Shown piece after piece: positions 1 to 11,168 of a stretch of DNA of 64,000 nucleotides (positions within the stretch are counted from its first letter, which is position 1; each line of letters starts with the position of its first letter). This stretch comes from Penicillus capitatus. Taxonomy: Eukaryota; Plantae; Chlorophyta. The position numbers and the translations under genes were made by a program. The notes beneath the pieces are model-generated. The model had not been told where the DNA came from, did not search any database, and worked only from the letters and a program-made list of their open reading frames with translations. Location: contig OZ287699.1 of NCBI GenBank assembly GCA_965649825.1, positions 836,477 through 900,476 of the forward strand, read 5' to 3'.

Positions 1-1813
1 CCTCGGTGCCGACGTTGAAGCAGGCCGGCTCCTTGTAGGACAGGAAGGGCGACGGGAGGACGCGTCCGCGGATCTGCTTCATGGCGGGCTCCAGCGCCGA
101 GAGCTGGAAGTCCGGGACCTTCTGCATCCGGTTGATGTCGGCGTCCTCCCTGATCAGGCCGTTCAGGTAGCGCTCCTTCTCGTCGGGCCTCTGGGCGGCG
201 AAGCGGATCATCTGCTCCTGGTGGCGCTCCGTGATCTTGTTCACGAACTGGGCGTGGGCGATCCTGCGGGGAAGAGGCCGTCGACGTCAGCAAGCGACCG
301 GCGGCGGGTGCTCGGCGTTACCGTGCGTACTCCGGAGGCAGGAAGCAGACCTTTCTGCCCCTCGAGCAGTCCAGGCAGGGGAGCTCGGGGTAGTGGAGGG
401 GACAGTCCATCCTCCCGTAGTACTCGGCGACGGTGATCTCTCCGTGCTCCCTGTGCTCGAAGCTGAGGCGCGTCGGCGGATCCAGCAGCCCGACGACCTT
501 CTTCCGCATCCTCCCGCGCACCAGACTCACCTAGAGCGGCCGCCCGTCTCCGCGCGGCGCGCGGGCGAGAGAGGGCGTCACCGTCAGGTTCTTCATGACG
601 CCTCTGACGATCGACTTCTGCTGGTTGGTGAGCTCGCGCGGGACGTGCTGCTGGCCGAGGATCTCGGCGATGAACTCGGAGACGAGCATCGGCTTGTAGA
701 ACGGGGCGCACGCGCTGTCGATGTTCAGGAACAGTCCGTTCTGGCAGGGACGGATGCTCTGGTGGTACCCCAGCCACGCCTGCAGCAGCAGCAATCGCTC
801 ACGGATCCGATCGCGGCGCAGCGGATCGAACCTCGGCTCCGTGTCCGATGTCGCGCTTGTTGGCCTGCGCGTCGACGAAGACGCTCTTCCTGTGGAGGAC
901 CCTGTCCGGCATCAGGGACGCGGCGTGGGACAGCAGGATCTCCAGCACGCGGACGGGCTCTGCCGGAAACTCGGCTCGGCTGCGCTGGACGTACTCCGTC
1001 AGGTGGCTCATGCGCACCACGGTCGTCTGGGTCAGCTTGATCTTGTACTGGCGAGACCTAGGACCCTGCTCCAGCTCGACGGTCTCCTCGCGCTCGTCGG
1101 TCGATATGATCTGCCCGGCCGTGTAGAGGGCGTTCTTGCCGTCGAAGATCCACCCCGGAGGCCAGTCCTCCCTCCTGGCCAGCTCAGCGAGCAGCAGGTG
1201 CTCCAGTCCCTGATTGAACTCGCACTCTGTCGCACGCACACGCGCTGCAGCTCGTCCGGCGTCGAGGTGCCTCACCGATCGTCACGTTGTACTGGAAGGC
1301 GCTGTTCAGCCGACAGTCCAGCTGGAAGTAGTTCGCCGCGAGCTGGGCCTGCGTGCCGATGGTGCCCGGCGGATAGGACGGCGCGTCCGGACTGTCGATG
1401 CTCTCCTGCGAGGCACACGCCTTCGGATCGCGGCGATGCGGCAGCGGGGTTCCCTACCGAGATGCACGGCTGTCCGATGCGAAAAGACGACGCGATCTGT
1501 TCGACCTGGCGGCGCCCTTCGGCCTCCGGCACGGCGCGGAAGTCGCCGCGACCTTCAACGCGAGACACCGGTGAGGGAGCAGCACGAGCGACGGCGCGAA
1601 CGGCGCACCTCCTCCTCTTCCGCCGAAGCGACCTCTTCCGCGGTCCCTGCCGCGGTCCCTGCCGCGACCTACAACAGATCGGCCCACCGTCAGAACGACG
1701 CGGTTCGCCTTCGGCGTTCGGCAGTTGGTGCCGAGACGCGTGTGCCGCCGAGCGCGAAGGCGTGCGAGCCTACCTCCATAGCCACCGCGTCCTCCGCCTC
1801 CTCTGCCCGACAT
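1..1813 (-). CDS. AGO: Argonaute, second copy (5' part: RGG tail, N, L1, PAZ, L2; remainder outside the window), multi-exon
   Basis: Inverted near-identical copy of 15855-17667. ATG at 1813 (MSGRGGGG), GT-AG introns conserved, no stops or frameshifts seen in the exons. Confidence 0.92.
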
Positions 1814-2113
1814 CGAACTCGGACGTGAACGAACAAACGCACCGACAACGCCGGACGGGAAGGAAGACGAGCAGGGAGACGCCGAACGGGGACAACGAAT
1901 GCGGACAGCGGTCGATTGGGTTCGAACGCAGACTGCCGCGCTCGGAAAAGAAACGATCGGCGAGACGAGAGTTCGCGCTCGATGGAGAAGGACGAAACAG
2001 TTTGTCGCCCTTCGTAATGGACGATCAAGGACGCCGAGACCGACGAAATGGAACTGTCGCGTCATCGTCGATCGATTTCCAGGACGCGGATCGTTCGGCG
2101 GCGACGCATCGGC

Positions 2114-2525
2114 ATGGACGTCCGGCAGCAGGTTCGAATCGAAACGCGTCGCACAGGCGCGATCCGTCCCGACAGGTGAAGAACTACCGTGCGACCCAGC
2201 GCCATGCGGGAAGGGGCGAGGCACGTGTGGATCATCGCATCGGGACGTCGATGTGCGTTCCGCTGCAGTGGGTCGCGCACGAGGCGTCCGCGGACGAGGA
2301 GGCGCATCGACAGGCGCTGCAGAGACTGGCCAACGGCGACGACGTCTCCTACCAGAGCACCCTGCGAGTGGTGAGGGTGGACGCATCTCGGTTCCCGAGA
2401 GACCAGAATCCTCCGGTCGAGCGCAACCCGGTGCAGCCGTTCACCCCTCTCTGCAGACGGGACGTCGGCGCATGTGGCTCCAGGGCTACGCTCGAAACGA
2501 GAGCGGAGGGTTCTTCACCTCCTAG
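2114..2525 (+). CDS. Unannotated 77-aa protein, 4 exons: MDVRQQVKNYRATQRHAGRGEWVAHEASADEEAHRQALQRLANGDDVSYQSTLRVTGRRRMWLQGYARNESGGFFTS
   Basis: Three phase-0 introns (GT, GC at 2221-2268, GT) join into an open frame ending in TAG at 2523-2525. Retained intact in both arms while the flanking DNA diverges. Confidence 0.65.
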
Positions 2526-2647
2526 ATCGCGAGGCCGGGCGATGCGGCACCGCGGACGTCGGTCACATCACTGCCGTCGCTCGGCCTTTCACTGAGAGTG
2601 GGGTTTGTTACGCATCGCCCTGTTCCGGAGTGTAAATCGATTCGGTC

Positions 2648-3619
2648 ATGGGTCCGCTCACCAACGCGTTCGTTCGCACGGTGCCCGTGCTTCGCGGCGT
2701 CCGGCCGTCGAAGGTCAGCGACTGCGTTCGGTCGCCCGGTCGCCCGCTTGTCGAGGCTGTCGCCGCAGCCACCGAAGTCGTTCTTCTGCCCCCAACGTGG
2801 AGTGATCCGACAGGTCGCTGCATCGAGAAGGGTCGCAGAGTGGTCGCGATCGGCGTCCCTTGCGCCGGGATGCCTCATCTCCCATCGCCGTCGGAGAACC
2901 ATCCCTCGACAGCCAAAGCGCTCGGTCCTTCGATTCTCCGTACGGCGATCTCGCCCCGCACCTGCTGCGATCGCTCTCGCCTGTTCAGTACATCGACGAG
3001 GACCTGTACGGAGACGACGATGACGACCTCGACGACGACGAGGTGATGGGGTTCGGAACCGACCTCGGCGGAGACGAGGACGAAGCCACGGATCCCAGCG
3101 AAGCGATGGAGGCGCTGCTTGACGAGGAGGAGGAGGAGACGGATGCCGACGAAGAGGAGGAGGCAGAGATCTCGGCCGACACCGAACAGGACCCGCCATC
3201 CGGATGCCCGAAGGGCTTCGCGCTGAGCTTCCTGTGGCTGGACAAGTACATCGCGTTCGCCGTGGACCAGATCTTCGGAAACGCAAGCGATCCGAACGCC
3301 GTCCATTCCTTGCGACCAAGCGACCTTGTGCGTGTAGAGAAAGCGTATTCCGCTGACGGAGTACTTCATCTGGCCGAGGACCGATGCCTGGGAGGAGCTC
3401 CGGCAGAGACTGAGCGAGAACGCGTGGATCGACGAAACGGATCAGGCGAGTGACGCGCCGAGCCGAACGACTGCGCACTGACGCTTCTGTCGCTATGCCC
3501 AGATCCTGCTGCTGAACCGGGCCACGCAGGTGATCAACTTCTGGCAAGACGAAGAGCAGGGCCGCTCACTGGACGACGCGAGACGGCAGTTCCCGGACTG
3601 CGTTTTCATGGGATCTTAG
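2648..3619 (+). CDS. PSRP3: Plastid-specific 30S ribosomal protein 3 (Ycf65 family), left copy; transit peptide plus acidic linker
   Basis: Spliced [39 protein letters not shown]...[13 protein letters not shown] matches the Ycf65 signature. GC-AG introns at 3283-3337 and 3446-3502. Confidence 0.9.
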
Positions 3620-3735
3620 ACGCACGCCTGCATTCCGACGGACACCTCTCTGTTCGCACACCGGGAAATGTTTTGAGAGCCGACTCTCTGTCTGTCTGCG
3701 GCCGCGGGAATCGAACGCGATGTCGTCGACACGCG

Positions 3736-3909
3736 TCAGTATCCGTCGTCGTATCCTCCCTGAAGTCCCTCGTCCATCTGCATCGGAACACCGTCGGTCC
3801 CCTGCGCCTCCGCCTTGATCGCTCGCCGAATGTCCTTCAGCTTCGACGCCAGGATGTCGATGGACTGCATCAGCACTTCGGCAGCGTTGAGCACGCCGGT
3901 CGTCTCCAG
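3736..3909 (-). pseudogene. RPB3: Orphan duplicate of the RPB3 terminal exon
   Basis: 174-nt exon with 3 differences from 13756-13929 (LETTGVLNAAEV vs LETTGVLDAAEV). CAG acceptor retained; upstream exons absent because the arm ends inside the intron. Confidence 0.85.
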
Positions 3910-3952
3910 CTGCGGCACAGGAAGATCGCATTGCTTCTGTTTCTTCTCACAG

Positions 3953-4024
3953 AACAGGTCAAAGACGAAGGAGTTGTTGAAGAAGCTACCCATGTGTATT
4001 GCCAACGACGCCCTGCGGCGCTGA
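3953..4024 (+). other. Possible stranded terminal exon (NRSKTKELLKKLPMCIANDALRR*) of an unidentified gene cut by the duplication junction
   Basis: Pyrimidine tract plus CACAG acceptor 22 nt from the arm boundary, followed by an open frame to TGA at 4022-4024. Confidence 0.35.
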
Positions 4025-4364
4025 CTTGGACGTGTCGTCGCTCCTTTAACTTCTCTCGGAGTAACGCGTCAACTTCGATGCCGTGTTCTTCAGCTCTTTC
4101 TTTTTTGTTGCGGCAATCATTGTACAGATATAGTATTATATGCATTCTCCTTTCGCAAACGGGCGACATATCGAACACTTCGTTCTTGAATAAGCTAAAT
4201 CTGCAGCCGCCATTTCGTGCTAATCACTACGTGCACCGTCATTAAGACATGCAGTACAGAAACGCCGCCCTTACCGATCGTGGTCAAAGCGATATGACGA
4301 AAAGACAGGACGTGGTTAAGATGTCTTTGTTCTTCAAGACTGTAACTTTATCATTTTGTTACAT

Positions 4365-5688
4365 CTAAGCATCCTTTGGGTCATCGCCAGTTGGAGGATC
4401 TCCACTTTGTATTTCTTTCTCCGGTGCCGATCGTTTTCGTTCGGCAACTTGTTCATCCGTCAAAGGCAGGTAATAGATAGGGGGCTTTGCCTGTGTTTTA
4501 AAGAACAGGTCCTCCAACTCTAATGCCGGTTTGGAGACGGTTCGTGCTGGTGGAGTTGTGGCAGTTGGATGTGTATTGGGCGGATACGGCATCTGGCGGT
4601 TCTTTTGATAACTTGCCGATCCAGATGCGCGAGCAAACAATGCTTTGGAACGGCCATCTTCAATTGCTTTCTTGGCGTCCTCCACAGAAACGTACTGTGG
4701 TATCAAATGTTTGCCGCTGCGTGGCCAAACAACATTATACGTGCCCAGATAAGCCTCGTGTGCTTGCTCTGTCGTTTCGTACATCACAAAGCAATGCGTC
4801 TTAATAGGCGGCATCCACATGTCCTCAATTGTGCCTGTCAAGATAGTCATTCATCTATATGACGCAGATTATCGCAATTGGGCAACTACCAAAGGCGGAC
4901 AACATTTCTTTGGCGGCCTTTTCTGTGAAAGGACGGACGAAGTTCTGAATACGCAGGGCACACGTTCGATCTTCCTCAGCAATGACTGGCGCCTCGGCAG
5001 GTATTGTCTCCATACCAGATGCTGTCCGTGAAGGTCCCGCCGCTTGGTCAGTAGACGCCTCAGCTTCTTTCGCTTCTCCTGCCAAACGTCACATCATCAC
5101 CAAACAACGATACCGTCGAGCGGACGCCGACCTTGAGGTGCTTCAAAATCTACAAGATCGTCATCGGCTGGTTTCTTCTCGGCTGCTTTTGTCGATGGAG
5201 ATGCCTCTTCAGCCGTTTTCTCTCCGCTGAATGGTTGATCGCCTTTCGTTTCGGCTGTTTCCAGTTTTTGTTTCTTTCTCGTTGGCTTTTCAGCCTCGAA
5301 ATCAAACTCCAGATCATCTTTACCATCGCCCAGCAATTCATTGAGACCACCCTTCACCTCTTTCTTCTCATCCGCTTCGTCCGACCCCATCGTTTCTTCT
5401 TCGACGCCTTGCATCTCTGAAACAAACGTCGTCACTATCAACCTCCTGCCACAAGGTCGATTACCGTCCCCTTGTGGTTCTTCCGCCTCTTCCTTTTTCT
5501 CGGCTTGCTGCAGAAAACGTCTAGAGATCCATTTCTACGCTGTAGACGGCATGTACTTGTTCAGCAAGTTTGGTTTTAAGACGCTCCACTAAGACGACTT
5601 TCTTTCCCGTTGCGTTTTCTCCGAGTTCTTTCAATTTCTTGCGCAGTTCCACGACTTTCAATTCGTCAACCCAAGAGAGTTCCGACAT
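4365..5688 (-). CDS. ACIN1: Acinus-like protein (SAP domain, RRM, RSB motif), multi-exon
   Basis: N-terminal VDELKVVELRKKLKELGENATGKKVVLVERL (SAP); RRM ALRIQNFVRPFT...IKTHCFVMY; LEDLFFKTQAKPPIYYLPLTDEQV (RNPS1/SAP18-binding motif). Confidence 0.88.
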
Positions 5689-5895
5689 CTACATGAATCC
5701 GCGTCAACGATTTCGTGTTTGTAAACGCGCAGCGCCGATCGTCGTCGGGCGACCGGTGACACAACCAACGGTATCTTTCAAGTCCCTAATGCCATTTGTA
5801 TCATTCCTTATCTCACCTTGCCACTGTGTCGCGTCACGTAGCACCAGAGGGGACGTCGAGTGTTTGCACTTCGATTGGGATACCGCCTTCCGGTT

Positions 5896-6843
5896 ATGAC
5901 GATGACGATGATGAGCAGCGACGTCACATCATTCTCCTCTGCAAGAACAGAACCGATGTCGAGCAGCGACGCCAAACTGCCGCCTTTTGTGGCATCGATC
6001 CGAGAGACGATCGATATCGGCGACGTTATTTCTATCGCCGAAGGCGCCGGACGCGAAATCCTTGACGTCTATAATGTGGAAGACACGACGACTTGGGAAG
6101 TGTGCTCAAAATCCGACAGCTCGCCACTGACGCTTGCCGACCGCAAAGCCAATAGCTTTATCTGCACACGTTTGCAGCAACTGACACCGCATATCCCGAT
6201 CGTCTCCGAAGAGAATGAACAAGTGCCGTACGACATTCGAAAACACTATCAGTTCTTCTGGTGTGTCGATCCACTGGATGGGACAAAGGAGTTTATCAAA
6301 CGCAATGGCCAGTTCACCGTCAACGTTGCTCTGATGCGCAAAGACACACCCATTCTTGGCGTCGTCCATACGCCTGTATCGGGGAAGACCCATTTCGCAA
6401 TGGAACAGCAAGGTGCTTTCATGAAAGAGGATGATGGCAAGGTCAGCTCCATCCAAGCGGCCGAGTTCAGTGAATCAGATTCCGGTTTGACGATCATTGG
6501 ATCGCGTTCGCATGGATCGTCCATGACAGAAGAATTTATGTCTCAATACGATGCACCCAAGTTTGCTTTGCTAGGCAGTTCTCTGAAACTCTTAATGATA
6601 GCCGAGGGGACAGCACATGTCTATCCACGACTGGCACCGACATCGGAATGGGATACTGCTGCAGCGCACGTGATCGTGACAGAGGCTGGCGGGGAAGTGT
6701 TACAAGCTGGAAAATGTGACAACAAAGGACAGCCACTTGAGGATTGGAAAACAGTTCTGGCCCAACAGACGGGCGTCATTTACAACAAAGAGTCCTTTCT
6801 GAATCCATACTTTGTCGTTTATGGAAAACGCAGAGGCGGCTAA
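5896..6843 (+). CDS. cysQ: 3'(2'),5'-bisphosphate nucleotidase, CysQ-like (inositol monophosphatase family), single exon
   Basis: Motifs IVSEE, WCVDPLDGTKEFIKRNGQFTVNVAL, GSSLK, PTSEWDTAAAH. Start codon is uncertain among several Mets. Confidence 0.88.
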   Translation: MTMTMMSSDVTSFSSARTEPMSSSDAKLPPFVASIRETIDIGDVISIAEGAGREILDVYNVEDTTTWEVCSKSDSSPLTLADRKANSFICTRLQQLTPHIPIVSEENEQVPYDIRKHYQFFWCVDPLDGTKEFIKRNGQFTVNVALMRKDTPILGVVHTPVSGKTHFAMEQQGAFMKEDDGKVSSIQAAEFSESDSGLTIIGSRSHGSSMTEEFMSQYDAPKFALLGSSLKLLMIAEGTAHVYPRLAPTSEWDTAAAHVIVTEAGGEVLQAGKCDNKGQPLEDWKTVLAQQTGVIYNKESFLNPYFVVYGKRRGG

Positions 6844-7127
6844 TCTGAAACAGAACTGCTCCCTTTCCTATTTTGTGTCGCGGCTAACAGTCATTCTTGT
6901 GTTATTTACACTTCTGGTTTTGCAATCTCTTGCGCGCTTCACAATGAATGGCGCTGGCCGCATGTCACATAGAAATACAGCTATGAACAGAGCTGATGGA
7001 CGGGCATCACTACAGGGACTCTTCTTTCGAATTGTCTTCGACGATTTGACGATCACTCCCTTTGCGCATAATGCGATCCAGATCTCCAGAAGAGGCACAT
7101 CTAATCACAACGGCACAGGCAACATCG

Positions 7128-8027
7128 TCAAGAGAGAATGAAAAAAGAGGCGTACTTTGTCAAGTAGATACTGGCTTCTTTTCGAAAACGGCCTTTTCTT
7201 GCGAAAAGCATTTCCACATCATCTTCAGATTCGCAAACGGCAATGACTGTCTGATACTTGAACCAAGGGAGTCTATTGGACTGCTCTTTGGATGGACTCC
7301 CAGGAATCCAATACCTTCGACAGTGCATCTATGACACACATGCGCACGTGAACAATGAAACCGTCGACGAAAGAGTAACGGATCCTACTCTTTTCTTTCG
7401 CCCGGCCTCGACAGACCAAATCAGTTCGTGGACAGAGGTATGGAAAGAACAGCTTTGCAGATCGAGACGTCCATACTTGAGAACCATCTCTCGCATACGA
7501 TGGTGAAGTTCTGTTTCCGATTCTCGAAATCGCTGAGGGACATTGAGAAACAGCACGACGCGTTTGTATTCGTGCATCCAGAAGACAGGAAAGAAGCACA
7601 GACGCAGAAAGCGACGCGAACACAGCTCTTCGCGACAGGCCACATGTTCCGAGTGACAGGGATGCAGACGGCTTTCCTGATCCGATGGGCTGTGACAATC
7701 TTCATGAGTTGTCCGTTTACCGCCACGAAAAGACACTTCCACATCCTTCTCTTCACTTTCACCATCTTCCACTCCATTTCCTGGCACTGCAGGTTGAGAT
7801 CTGTCACATCAAGGAGCTTAGGCATCAACCACAGTACCTGTGGCTTTTCCATTGCGGTTGGAACGCAACATTCGGGGAAGGGAAAGGTCGGTAGAAGTCG
7901 TTGAGTGGTGTGAGGACGAAAGGTGTGATGTGAATCGTATTTTCGGGAGTTTGGCGATAGGACTCTTTCGCAGTGTCTCGAAACTTATCCATTCCTGATC
8001 GTCAAACTCCGCTTCGGCAAACATCAT
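7128..8027 (-). CDS. Hypothetical protein, about 3 exons
   Basis: ORFs 7818..8027, 7329..7787 and 7128..7328 can be joined in frame by short GT-AG introns; no recognisable domain. Confidence 0.45.
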
Positions 8028-8431
8028 CGCATTTCGACGAAGTTTTGTCCAAAAACACGTCGTTACGCAGCACTCTTTCAGAATGTCCCTAAAACGCTTT
8101 CTTGTCAGACATGTCGATAAAAGACACGTAAGCGCGTTCTAAAGTCAGTGCGGCGTGGCGCAGGGTCGACCTGTGCATTTTTGAAATGAGCCCAAAGGCC
8201 TGTAGGTTCTGAGGAAAGAGGCCATGCGCCGCGATCAGTTTCCATACGGTATAATACCGGTCTTTTTCTTTTTCGACCGCCATTCACATTACAATGTGTC
8301 AACCGTTGATGCGAAACGCCTTCAATTGCAATTTCCTGCTCAAACGAGGACGACAGCGACGATGACATCGATGATCGATCCCACAATCGAAAGACGAACC
8401 CATACAAACAGCAGAACGCACAGATGAATCC

Positions 8432-9205
8432 TCAGATCTTGTTTCGCTTGGCACGATGTGAAGGCATCATGGTATCGACATCATCACCAAAGAGCTCGTG
8501 CAATGACAGCAGATGTGGATCCGGCGACTCACAGAAATCGGATGGCCAACTGCGCAGTCCTGCCTTCTCTGCCCATTCCTCTTGAAAATCCGGCGATTCG
8601 TGGGACATCGGTAGCAATGCAGAGGATGTCAAATCGGGTGGCGGTGGGCTCGAAACAACCATGCATCTTGAATCCTCCCTGTCTGATGGACTCAGCATCC
8701 CTGTACAATCATTCATACCGTCACACAAATCTCACACAATCCCATTCGGCAACTCTCACCGGATGAGGGAGGACGTACAGCATGAAGGGGGTCTAGGACA
8801 GTCGGAGGTGCCAGAGGATCCGATTGAAAAGCGAGATAGACTTCGGAATGGAGACCATTCATGGCCGACCGTGTCCTCATTTCTCCATGACCATTTGAAA
8901 AGGACGCGTCTCCATTGAAGGGCATCTGTGAGGCGCGTCTCTGCTTGAGTTCTGCGATTTCTTGTTGCGTGGCATTGAGCAGCTGCTCTTGGCGTCGGGA
9001 AATGTCGACGTATTGAGCGAGTCTCTGCGTGAGAACCTGATGGGACTTCTTCAGTGATTGATGTCGGCCTCGCAGTTGAATCAGTTCTTCGGCTGCAGCT
9101 TCGCTATCCACCTTCATTCTATCTACCTGCAGCACGACGACGTCGAGCGAGAGAGAAGTCGACATTTCTCACTTTGCGTTCCAGCTCGGCAATAAACTCC
9201 ATCAT
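8432..9205 (-). CDS. Hypothetical coiled-coil protein
   Basis: MMEFIAELERK spliced to VDRMKVDSEAAAEELIQLRGRHQSLKKSHQVLTQRL shows a heptad pattern. The terminal exon 8432..8728 is tentative. Confidence 0.5.
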
Positions 9206-10317
9206 TGCCGACCAGCTTGAAGTTTGAACGGAGAAGGCGACAAAGCGCCGGAAATTCTGAAGTGCGTGGCCGGAAGAGATCGGTCGAGCGGAACAAAAAC
9301 GCCGGCGCAGACGTTTGGACAAATGCAGAGGGGAGAGTAAGAGTACGGCGACTAAATAGTGGGACGAGGTTTTGCGTGGAATTCTACGTGACGCTCCGGT
9401 CGTTGACTTTTCGGTTCAACAACAAATCCGAATCGATTTCTGTCACGATAATGCCATGATGGATTGCTTAAGTCATCGACTCGCTTAGGGATCGTCAAAA
9501 CTTATCGCACGGTGATCGATCAGGATTGACAATAATGATCGCTTCCAGACGATGACAAGAATTTGACGAAGATCCTTGACGGCGTCGAAAGCGATTGGCA
9601 CGATCGTAGACGGTGTCCATCGAGAAGGAAGCGACATCGAAGTCTCGGCGATCCAATGGAGATAAATATCTATCCAGTTCGCTCCAGCAGATATCATGCC
9701 TGCCTTGGTGCCATTGACGATAGATGCTGAATTGCTGGTCATGTATCGTCATGAGGAAATGGATGGGGTGCTGGCTTGGTCTTTGACTGCTGATGGGACA
9801 GCGGGCGCCAGTCCACGATCGGCTTAGGAACTTCTTGCGAAAATGTACAAGGCCCCTATGGCTGTATCCCGAATACCGCGGTCTCTTTCTTATGATCTGC
9901 GTTTCGAACGATGGGCGGCATTCGTCGAGCATTGGCGAAGAAGCAAAGAGCCAGCGAGACCCGCGCGAACTTGCCGGAAGCTTCACGGAGTCCAGAAGCA
10001 TTCTGCCGTCACTTCATTGCTCCGAACAGTGCCCGCCACCTGCAGATAGGTACGCAACAAAAACGATTCACAGCTCTGCGTTTCCGTGCTGACGTGGTAC
10101 CCACGCCGTTTCGGTGGCAGGTTGAAAAAGAGAAAAGTAGCACGTCGACGACAAACACGAGAAATCGAAATACGTGACATCAAGTGGATGTCGCCATCAT
10201 CGCTTTTCTTTCACTCCGCGTGTAAGAGGCGGACATAATGTTGTCTTTGCCCGCATTCCATCATGGCTTCGCTTTCATCCACGATGCCGTAGATGATGGG
10301 CACTGGGACACCAGCGC

Positions 10318-10391
10318 GCTTCTTTAGCTCAGTTGGTTAGAGCACCCGTTTAGTAAGCGGGAGGTCCAGAGTTCAAATCTCTGAGGAAGCA
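10318..10391 (+). tRNA. trnT-AGT: tRNA-Thr(AGT)
   Basis: Cloverleaf: acceptor GCTTCTT/AGGAAGC, D arm GCTC/GAGC, anticodon arm CCCGT-TTAGTAA-GCGGG, T arm CAGAG-TTCAAAT-CTCTG. No encoded CCA; TTTT follows at about 10396. Confidence 0.96.
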
Positions 10392-10430
10392 GCCCTTTTC
10401 ATCATCCGTTGTGTCTCGCGTTATTGGCGG

Positions 10431-10962
10431 ATGTCTGCTGCACGTTCAAGCTACCGGTCTCTGCTGAGAGTCATCCATACGAGTCCACCCTTTTTGCTCG
10501 CCTTATCCTGCTTAATAAGAAGCGATGTGCCAAGGATTCAAGGGAGACAAAGAAATGATCAGCAAGGCCGTGGAGAATGTCCGCGGACGCTACGAAGTAA
10601 GCGCATCTTCTCAGATCTTACGTCTAGAATAGCGATAGGGATTACTGCCATCTCACTCTTTGCCTTTACTGTATACCACGTAGGCTTACCGAAAGGAAAA
10701 GGACAAGAAGATCGTACAGGAGAAACTCGAAGAAGCCCGAGAGGCGGTGCGGTTTCTGAGGGACTTCGTCGTGCAATCCGAACAGGGGAAAGACGGACAA
10801 TTTCGTACATCGATCTCATGGACATTCCTGTTTGTGTGATGTCTGTCGTACGATCGTTCTCTAGGGATCAAATTGACGGCTCAACAAGTGGCTTCCATGC
10901 AAGAAGAGACAAAGGAACGCGCGGATAGCAAGACACAGACGCCTCGTTCGTTTAAGTCATGA
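10431..10962 (+). CDS. LYRM7: LYR-motif protein, complex III assembly factor MZM1/LYRM7-like, 4 exons
   Basis: Spliced YRSLL...QGFKGDKEMISKAVENVRGRYE-AYRKEKD...EEAREAVRFLRDFVVQ fits the LYRM7 pattern. The donor of intron 1 is ambiguous. Confidence 0.7.
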
Positions 10963-11168
10963 TCTCTGTGACTTCATTTACTTTCTTTAACTGAGTTTGA
11001 TGCCTCACACAACGACAACGCCAACAACTTTAATAAAGAAATCACACATCTCACCGACCCAACAATGAAGCAATGCATAATCCGTTCATGCCAAGCATAG
11101 TTTGGGGGAGAAGGAGAGAAAAAATAGAAGGAATGTTTTTAAGGCACATCATGGATTGTGTGTGCAGT

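Larger units (their letters stand above)
1..3930. repeat. Left arm of an inverted segmental duplication (partner 13731-17667); continues beyond the window start
   Basis: Reverse complement of position 1 (cctcggtgccgacg) matches accgagg ending at 17667. Similarity ends at gaagatcgca (3930), matching tgcgatcttc (13731). Many ORF pairs are near-identical, e.g. 531..794 vs 16874..17137. Confidence 0.97.

Noticed and set aside
721-2595. 624-aa ORF and other long ORFs in the arms (e.g. 2522..3547, 15715..16947, 18285..19271)
   Set aside because: Arg/Pro/Ala-rich shadow frames of GC-rich genes; they span introns and opposite-strand CDSs.
2988-3200. Long Asp/Glu tract in PSRP3 as a novelty
   Set aside because: Low-complexity acidic extensions are common in algal plastid ribosomal proteins; not distinctive by itself.
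9495-10001. 168-aa minus-strand ORF
   Set aside because: No recognisable motif or consistent exon joins; may be real but is unsupported.
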